Origin: Minisyncoccota bacterium | GTDB lineage: Bacteria; Patescibacteriota; Minisyncoccia; Phycocordibacterales; UBA12079 | DNA: 64,000 nt | Direction of reading: 5' to 3' | Assembly: GCA_023140255.1 (NCBI GenBank) | Contig: JAGLLX010000010.1 | Span: 19,774 to 83,773 of the forward strand | Shown: positions 57,906 through 64,000 of the stretch, one piece after another | Layout: every line of letters starts with the position of its first letter | How positions within the stretch are numbered: the stretch's first letter is position 1 | Notes under the pieces: model-generated | The model's database searches: none | Told to the model about the DNA's origin: nothing | What the model saw: only the letters and a program-made list of their open reading frames with translations | Position numbers and translations under genes: made by a program

Positions 57906-58604
57906 TTAATTTTCTGGAACTATTTGTGAAATATGTTCTAAAATCATTTTAACTGAAGGAGAACGGTCATTTAGATAAGAACGACATTTATTAATTTCTG
58001 AAAAAATACTTTCTATATCATAATCTGAAAATTTTATTTTTGAATCATTTTTATATACTTCATATAAAACCCTTTCCAAATTATTTAAAAATTGAATTGC
58101 TCCAACTTTATCTGCTTTGTCCTTTGTTGTTTTAGGTAAAAATTCTTTAACTAAATCAAATCTTTGTGAAAGATTTGATTTCAAAAAATTTTCTACTATA
58201 TCTCCATAATTTAAATTATTATTTTCAAATTTAATTATTTGAAGACGAGACTTAAGAGTGGCAAGAAGATTTTCAGAAGATTGAATTATTAAAAATATAT
58301 AAACATTCTCTGTTGGTTCTTCAAACATTTTTAATAATGAATTCTGAGCTTCATTGGTAATAAAATTTGTTTGAATAATTATAATTTGTTTATCCCCTGT
58401 AATAGATTTTTTGGATTGAAAATCTTTTATAATCTTTCCATCGTCAATTCCAAAAGTAACAAAATCCCTCAAGTATAAATCAGGATTAGAGGAAACCTGA
58501 AAATTTAATTCTTTTTCTAAAAAAAATAAAAGATCTTGTAAAATTAAATCCTTTTCTCCTTCCAAAAGATAAGCATGATGTAAATTATTTTTATTTAAAA
58601 ACAT
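57906..58604 (-). CDS. holB: DNA polymerase III delta'-like subunit (short)
   Basis: HHAYLLEG, NPD, EAQNSLLKMFEEP and TLKSR motifs. Confidence 0.8.
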   Translation of the reverse strand: MFLNKNNLHHAYLLEGEKDLILQDLLFFLEKELNFQVSSNPDLYLRDFVTFGIDDGKIIKDFQSKKSITGDKQIIIIQTNFITNEAQNSLLKMFEEPTENVYIFLIIQSSENLLATLKSRLQIIKFENNNLNYGDIVENFLKSNLSQRFDLVKEFLPKTTKDKADKVGAIQFLNNLERVLYEVYKNDSKIKFSDYDIESIFSEINKCRSYLNDRSPSVKMILEHISQIVPEN

Positions 58605-58685
58605 GATAAATTAATCAAAAGTTAGGAAAATTCTCTGGAAATTTTTTAACTTTAACTTTATAGACTTTATGAACTTTTGACTTCA

Positions 58686-59702
58686 TTAGTACTTCTTTAA
58701 AATAACACTCTTTCTATACACATCTAAATGCTTCAAAGCTATTCCGGTTCCTTTTGATACACAATAAAAAGAATCTTTTGCTAAATAAGCTTTTACTCCT
58801 GTTCTTCTATGGACTAATTCTGGTAAATTTCTTAATAACGAAGACCCACCTGTCATAATTATACCTCCTTGGACAATATCAGCTGATAATTCTGGAGGAG
58901 TTTCTTGAAAAACAGTCTTAATTGCTTTAATAATTTCTCTTAATTCTTTACTTAAAGCTTTAGCAACTTCATTTGTTTTTACTTCAATAGTTCTTGGTAA
59001 TCCAGAAATGAAATCCCTTCCTCTTATATCCATTGATAATTCTTCTTCAAGAGGTAAAGCTGAACCAATTTTTATTTTTATTTCTTCTGCTGTCTTATCT
59101 CCTATTGATAAATTATATTTTCTTTTAACAAAATCAATAATAGCATTATTTATTTTATCTCCTGCACACTTAACAGAAGTAGAGGCTACAATTCCCCCTA
59201 AAGAAATAACAGCTACATCAATTGTTCCTCCGCCGATATCAACAATCATATGTCCCCCTGCTTCCTCAATAGCTACCCCAGCTCCAATGGCTGCCAAGAT
59301 AGGTTCTTTAACTACAAAAGCTTTTTTAGCACCAGCTTTTATAGTTGCTTCAACTACCGCCCGCCTTTCTGTTGATGTAATTCCTGCTGGAACAGAAATA
59401 ATCACTTCTGGCTTAAAGAAATTCCATTTACCCAAAGCTTTATTAATATAATAACGAAGCATCACTTCAGTAACTTTATAATCTGCAATTACTCCGTCTT
59501 TCATAGGTCTATAAGTAATAACACTTTCCGGAGTTCTCCCTATCATTTTTTTTGCATTAATTCCAACTGCTAAAATTCTGTTATCAATTTCTGATACAGA
59601 CACAACAGAGGGTTCATTTAAAACAACCCCTTTTTTCGGATCAAATATTAAGGTATTAGCTGTTCCTAAATCTATTCCTAATTTTTTTGTAAAAAATGAC
59701 AT
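58686..59702 (-). CDS. mreB: Rod shape-determining protein MreB
   Basis: GIDLGTANT, PMKDGVIAD, VDIGGGT and MTGGSSLL motifs. Confidence 0.95.
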   Translation of the reverse strand: MSFFTKKLGIDLGTANTLIFDPKKGVVLNEPSVVSVSEIDNRILAVGINAKKMIGRTPESVITYRPMKDGVIADYKVTEVMLRYYINKALGKWNFFKPEVIISVPAGITSTERRAVVEATIKAGAKKAFVVKEPILAAIGAGVAIEEAGGHMIVDIGGGTIDVAVISLGGIVASTSVKCAGDKINNAIIDFVKRKYNLSIGDKTAEEIKIKIGSALPLEEELSMDIRGRDFISGLPRTIEVKTNEVAKALSKELREIIKAIKTVFQETPPELSADIVQGGIIMTGGSSLLRNLPELVHRRTGVKAYLAKDSFYCVSKGTGIALKHLDVYRKSVILKKY

Positions 59703-59707
59703 AATAT

Positions 59708-61018
59708 TTATTCTTTTACTCTTTTAATGTCTGCTCCTATTTTGAATAATCTTTTTTCTATTGACCCATACCCCCTATCAATATAATAAACATTAGTTAT
59801 AATAGATTCTTTTTCTGCTACTAAGGCTGCGATTACAAAAGCAAAACCTGTTCTAATATCTGGGCCTTCTAGCTCACAACCTTTTAGCTGTTTAGGTCCT
59901 TTAATAGTAGCTCTGTGTGAATCCCACATTTTTATATCTGCTCCCATCTTAACTAAATCACTCGTATAATTCAATCTACCTTCAAAAATAGTTTCAAAAA
60001 CTAAAGATTCACCTTGGGATTGAGTAAGAAATACTACTGTTGGAGATTGTAAATCTGTTGGAAATCCTGGATATTCGTGAGTTTTTATACTAAAAGACTT
60101 GTAGTTCTTTAAATTTTTATTATTTACTTTTAAATAATCTTTTCCAACTTCTATATCTACTCCAGAATCTTTCAACATCTCAATGACTATCTCTAAATGA
60201 CTAGGATTACAATTAGAAATTTCTAAGTCAGAAGCACACAAGGCTCCTAAAATTAAAAACGAGCCTGCTTCCAAACGATCAGGAATGGTTTCATAAACTT
60301 TGTCATTTGCTTCCAACAAAGAACCTCCTTCTATTTCTAAAACAGGGGTTCCTACTCCTTTTATCTTAGCACCACAATCATTTAACCACTCTATCAAAGA
60401 TATTATTTCCGGTTCAATCGCAACATTTTTTAAAATAGTTTTTCCTTCCGCCAAAATTCCTGCCATAATAAAAGTCTCAGTTGCAGTTACACTAGGAATT
60501 TTAAAAAATATCTTTGTTCCTTTTAATTTCCCGTCTTTTGTTTTTATAAAATATTTTCCGTCATTATGTTTAACTTTAGCTCCCATTTTCTCAAAACCTT
60601 CCAAAAATAGATCTATTGGTCGTGCTCCGATAACACAACCTCCTGGATGAGGAAAAATTAATTCTCCAAAACGAGCTAAAATTGGACCAGTAAAAATAAT
60701 AGAAGCTCTCATTCTTTTAGAAGCTTCTTCTTCAATTTCAACACTATTTATTTTTGTTGTATTAATAAAATATTCCCCATCTAATTGTTTTATCATTTCT
60801 ACTCCTAGTCCTTTAAAAATCTCATCTAAACGATTCAAATCTTCAATCAAAGGAACATTTTTAATCTTAAAACCATCTTTGAACAAAACGCTTGAAGCCA
60901 TTACAGGCAAAACAGCATTTTTAGCACCATTAACCCTTATCTTCCCAGATAAAGACTTTTTATTCCCTAATCCTTGTATTATAAATTTATCTCTTTTCAT
61001 CATGACTGAATTAATCAT
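59708..61018 (-). CDS. murA: UDP-N-acetylglucosamine 1-carboxyvinyltransferase
   Basis: GAKNA, MRASI, PGGCVIGARPI and PGFPTDLQ motifs; exact start uncertain. Confidence 0.96.
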   Translation of the reverse strand: MINSVMMKRDKFIIQGLGNKKSLSGKIRVNGAKNAVLPVMASSVLFKDGFKIKNVPLIEDLNRLDEIFKGLGVEMIKQLDGEYFINTTKINSVEIEEEASKRMRASIIFTGPILARFGELIFPHPGGCVIGARPIDLFLEGFEKMGAKVKHNDGKYFIKTKDGKLKGTKIFFKIPSVTATETFIMAGILAEGKTILKNVAIEPEIISLIEWLNDCGAKIKGVGTPVLEIEGGSLLEANDKVYETIPDRLEAGSFLILGALCASDLEISNCNPSHLEIVIEMLKDSGVDIEVGKDYLKVNNKNLKNYKSFSIKTHEYPGFPTDLQSPTVVFLTQSQGESLVFETIFEGRLNYTSDLVKMGADIKMWDSHRATIKGPKQLKGCELEGPDIRTGFAFVIAALVAEKESIITNVYYIDRGYGSIEKRLFKIGADIKRVKE

Positions 61019-61076
61019 ACGATTTTTTAAAGAAATTTACAATTGATTTTAATTTAAGTAATGGTAGAATTAAAAA

Positions 61077-61721
61077 ATGCAAAAATATAAAAAAGACAAC
61101 AAACAATTATTGTTTATGGGAGTATTAATATTAATTTTAGGAGCTTTACTTTATTCAAATTATAATAAGAAACAAAACGGGTTCTTACAAATAAATAGCT
61201 TGGATGAAACTTTGGTTATTTATATAGATAACAACGAAGAAACTTCAAAAAATGATATTAACCCTGAATTCAAAATTAAAAAAGGAATTCATAGTGTAAT
61301 TGTTTATAAAGAAGGACATTGGCCTTGGACTAAAGAAGTGGAAATTTTAGGCGAAGAAACTCTTGAAATAAACCCTTTCTTTATTTCACAAAACACCAGT
61401 GGTTTTATAATAGAAAAAGCAGATTCTGAATATTGGAACATTTTAGCTATGTTCAGAAAAAATCTTATTTCCGAAGAAGCTTTGAATACAATCTCTTCTA
61501 TAGAAATAAAAGACCAAATAACAGCTATTGATTTTTACAAAAACAGAGAAGATGTTGTTTTAATGGCATTAACTGATGGTATTTATGCTTTGGGGGTTGA
61601 TTACAAAACTGAACAAAATTTACAACCAATTTATAAAGGTAAAAGCCCTAGTTTTGTTAAAAAAGACGATAATAATATTTATATTTTAGATAACAATAAT
61701 TTAATGGAAGTTTCTTATTAA
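61077..61721 (+). CDS. Membrane-anchored PEGA-domain protein
   Basis: TM followed by IYID...GIHSVIVYKEGHWPWTKEVEI. Confidence 0.75.
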   Translation: MQKYKKDNKQLLFMGVLILILGALLYSNYNKKQNGFLQINSLDETLVIYIDNNEETSKNDINPEFKIKKGIHSVIVYKEGHWPWTKEVEILGEETLEINPFFISQNTSGFIIEKADSEYWNILAMFRKNLISEEALNTISSIEIKDQITAIDFYKNREDVVLMALTDGIYALGVDYKTEQNLQPIYKGKSPSFVKKDDNNIYILDNNNLMEVSY

Positions 61722-61866
61722 TAAACAACATTTAGTATTAGATAATTGAGAAAATAGTCGCTAAGCGACTATTTTTTATATTTATTATTTCCTTTTTATC
61801 AACAACATATTAATAAAATGATTAATACTCTAGTATTTTAATGAATATATAGTATATAATTAAATT

Positions 61867-62625
61867 ATGAATATTCTGACAGCAATTCCTATTTATAGAA
61901 ACAAATTTCAAGAACCTGTTTTGTTCTTTACTCAAGAAAATTTTTCTGTAGGTTCTATTATTTTAGCTCCTTATCCACAAACAAAAGGTTCTAAAGAAAA
62001 ACCTGTTTTAATTATAGAAGTAAGTGATTCAAAAAATAAAAAACAGTTTTTAAGAAAAACCAGTATTCAAATAAACAAAAGTACTAATCCTTATGAATTA
62101 CCTTTTCTTTCTGACAAAATTATAAAAGATATAGAACTTAAAACATCTAAAATTAATAAAACTTTGAACTTTTCTTTAGACAAAATTTTTACAAAAGCTA
62201 TTAAAAAAGAGTTAAATAAGACTATAGAAAATTCAGATAAAAGCATCATTGAAAACTATGTTAATAAAATTACTCCTGATTTTATTAGCCAAAAATTAAA
62301 AACATTTCTTCCTAAGAAAAAAGAAACTAAAATCTATACTAGAGGAATCCAAAGTATTGAAAATCTTTTATCTTCCACAAGTACAACAAAGAAAAATTCA
62401 CTTCATTCAGAAAAACATTATTTAATTGCAGAAATACGAGAATATTTTGGAGAAACAAACAAAAAAGGAAAAGGTTCCTTTAGTTTCTATTTAGGATTTT
62501 TTAAAAGAATTCCTGAAAATATTATTTATCAATACTGGTCAGAAGTAAAAGAAAGTCGTAAATCAACCAAAGATCAACAAAAAATCTTTTGGTGGAAAAT
62601 CGGTCAATATTTAAAGAAAAAATAA
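61867..62625 (+). CDS. Hypothetical basic protein
   Basis: 252-aa ORF followed by terminator taaatggctcatc/gatgagccattta. Confidence 0.7.
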   Translation: MNILTAIPIYRNKFQEPVLFFTQENFSVGSIILAPYPQTKGSKEKPVLIIEVSDSKNKKQFLRKTSIQINKSTNPYELPFLSDKIIKDIELKTSKINKTLNFSLDKIFTKAIKKELNKTIENSDKSIIENYVNKITPDFISQKLKTFLPKKKETKIYTRGIQSIENLLSSTSTTKKNSLHSEKHYLIAEIREYFGETNKKGKGSFSFYLGFFKRIPENIIYQYWSEVKESRKSTKDQQKIFWWKIGQYLKKK

Positions 62626-62850
62626 ATGGCTCATCTAGATGAGCCATTTAGTATGGTTTGAAATATAGCTAAATATTGAGCCTACCAATACCAACAAACA
62701 AGTAGCAGAAATATTGTTTAATATCCTTTCTTCTTAATTTTACCTAAAACTTTCTTTATTACTGCAGTTAACTACGATAATTCAAGTTAACTTATACCTA
62801 AATTTCTTATTTCATTATTTTTAGCACTCTCTCTTGAAACACAAACAATA

Positions 62851-62880
62851 TCTTGTTTTTAGTTCAATCGATTGAACTAA
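62851..62880. repeat. Palindrome tagttcaatcgattgaacta, copy 1
   Basis: Perfect 20-bp dyad at 62860-62879; part of a 29-bp direct repeat with 63387-63415. Confidence 0.9.
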
Positions 62881-62891
62881 TTTAAGTTTAT

Positions 62892-63299
62892 TTAGTATTT
62901 GTTTAAAAAGTTCCATCTTCCTTTTCCCACAATAGGAGGCATCCCACATTTTAAAACTTTATCTAATCCTTCCCAAAAAGTAACTCTGTTCTTTTTTTGC
63001 TTTATTATTTCTATAATATCTTTATATTTTTCTAAATCAATATCTATAGCAATTCTTTTCACGGTGGCAGGACTTACCTTTAATGCTTTAGAAATTTTAT
63101 ACCAACTTATATTCTCTTGAAGCATAAAAATAATAGCTAATCTTTTTGCTAAAACTATTTTTTCAGAATCCCCTAATAAATCATTTACAAAATTTTTAGT
63201 AGAATTATTTGATTCTAATCTAGTAATAGTATCAATTAATCCAAAATTAATTTGATCAAGAACATTCTTTTTTAATTTTTCTTTTGAAACACGAGCCAT
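62892..63299 (-). CDS. TrpR/YerC-YecD-like HTH protein
   Basis: LLGDSEKIVLAKRLAIIFML..ISWYKISKALKVSPATV. Confidence 0.8.
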   Translation of the reverse strand: MARVSKEKLKKNVLDQINFGLIDTITRLESNNSTKNFVNDLLGDSEKIVLAKRLAIIFMLQENISWYKISKALKVSPATVKRIAIDIDLEKYKDIIEIIKQKKNRVTFWEGLDKVLKCGMPPIVGKGRWNFLNKY

Positions 63300-63331
63300 A
63301 AGTGTTTTTTATTAATAAAAAATTATCTATT

Positions 63332-63351
63332 TAGTTCAATCGATTGAACTA
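63332..63351. repeat. Palindrome tagttcaatcgattgaacta, copy 2
   Basis: Perfect dyad 32 nt upstream of the HTH start codon. Confidence 0.9.
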
Positions 63352-63386
63352 TTATTATTTTAATTTATGAGATTAGACTTACTATC

Positions 63387-63415
63387 TCTTGTTTTTAGTT
63401 CAATCGATTGAACTA
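63387..63415. repeat. Palindrome tagttcaatcgattgaacta, copy 3
   Basis: tcttgtttttagttcaatcgattgaacta, identical to 62851-62879. Confidence 0.9.
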
Positions 63416-63456
63416 TTTTAATCATTTTGAACAATTAAAATTTAAATATCGTTCTT

Positions 63457-63498
63457 TACTCCAATCGACCTACCTTTGCAGGCAGACAGATTGGAGTA
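63457..63498. repeat. Variant palindrome interrupted by a 22-nt cctgcc-type element
   Basis: tactccaatcga[cctacctttgcaggcagacaga]ttggagta. Confidence 0.8.
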
Positions 63499-63563
63499 TT
63501 TTTAACTAATTTATTTTATTTTTTAACGCAACTGAAAAAAATGTTAGGAAATACAAATTAAGT

Positions 63564-64000
63564 TTAGTTGTTTATTTTTTGAATTCGACGAGAATGCCTT
63601 ATTTCTTCAGAAAATGGTGTTTCTAGCCATAACTTAATAGCATCTGTTGCATCCCTATCTGAAATGAATTTAGCTCCTAAAGACAGTATATTTGCGTCAT
63701 TATGTTCTTTAGATAATCTTATAATTTCTAGGTTAGAAGAGTTATAAACAACAGCTCTTACGTTATCAAAACGATTTGCTACCATAGCTTCCCCTTGTCC
63801 AGAAGCACCAAGAATAATTGCTTTATATTCTTCTGAATTTTGAGAAATTTCAAAAGCAACTGGCTTTACAAAATCAGGGTAATCATCTTCTGAATGATAT
63901 TCAAAAGCTCCTTTGTCTTCTATTTCATAATCTAAATCTTTTAAGAATAATTTGATTACTTCTTTTAACTCAAAACCAGCATGGTCTGAAGCTATTAATA
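63564..64000 (-). CDS. rpiB: Ribose-5-phosphate isomerase B / LacAB family (5' end outside the window)
   Basis: IASDHAGFELK, DDYPDF, LGASGQGEAMVANR, HNDANILSLG and RHSRRI motifs. Confidence 0.92.
   Translation of the reverse strand, partial: LIASDHAGFELKEVIKLFLKDLDYEIEDKGAFEYHSEDDYPDFVKPVAFEISQNSEEYKAIILGASGQGEAMVANRFDNVRAVVYNSSNLEIIRLSKEHNDANILSLGAKFISDRDATDAIKLWLETPFSEEIRHSRRIQKINN

Noticed and set aside
62821-62847. Possible CIRCE element (ttagcactc)
   Set aside because: Only the left half-site is present, there is no GAGTGCTAA after 9 nt, and it is not upstream of the chaperone genes.
62851-63498. CRISPR array interpretation of the repeated palindromes
   Set aside because: Spacing is irregular (one interval contains a whole gene), the repeats are loopless dyads, and no cas genes are in the window.
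1-64000. Alternative genetic code (TGA recoding as in Gracilibacteria/Absconditabacteria)
   Set aside because: Conserved genes are intact under code 11, tgt ends in TGA, and RF2 is present.

Overview
Very AT-rich bacterial chromosome segment in genetic code 11 (TGA is used as a stop, RF2 is present). It looks like Patescibacteria/CPR (Parcubacteria-like), inferred from compact housekeeping genes without Shine-Dalgarno sites, shortened RF2/AlaS/ThrS/L13, cohesin and dockerin surface proteins, and tRNAs without an encoded CCA. Core genes: rpmG, argS, typA, tgt, parB, tsf-rpsB, prfB, thrS, class II RNR, htpX, grpE-dnaK-dnaJ, infA-rpmJ-rpsM-rpsK-rpsD-rpoA-rplQ-rplM-rpsI, alaS, UDG, holB-like, mreB, murA, rpiB (partial) and six tRNAs. 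Accessory genes: a MacAB-like exporter, a hemerythrin/two-component/cohesin-dockerin cluster, and an M14 peptidase paired with an apparently inactive paralog. The most unusual content is non-coding, and no transposase or integrase is visible. (i) An inverted-repeat element sits exactly on the start codon of three unrelated genes, flanked by a duplicated ATGAA. (ii) Structured elements of about 195 bp duplicate the 3' ends of two different tRNAs. (iii) A 20-22 nt GC-rich palindrome is inserted at the same offset into two unrelated AT-rich palindromes. (iv) A two-hairpin element is inserted in frame in grpE and into a decayed tRNA-Thr copy. (v) Small HTH genes are bracketed by long perfect palindromes or direct repeats. 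Product calls come from motif recognition only; no database searches were run.
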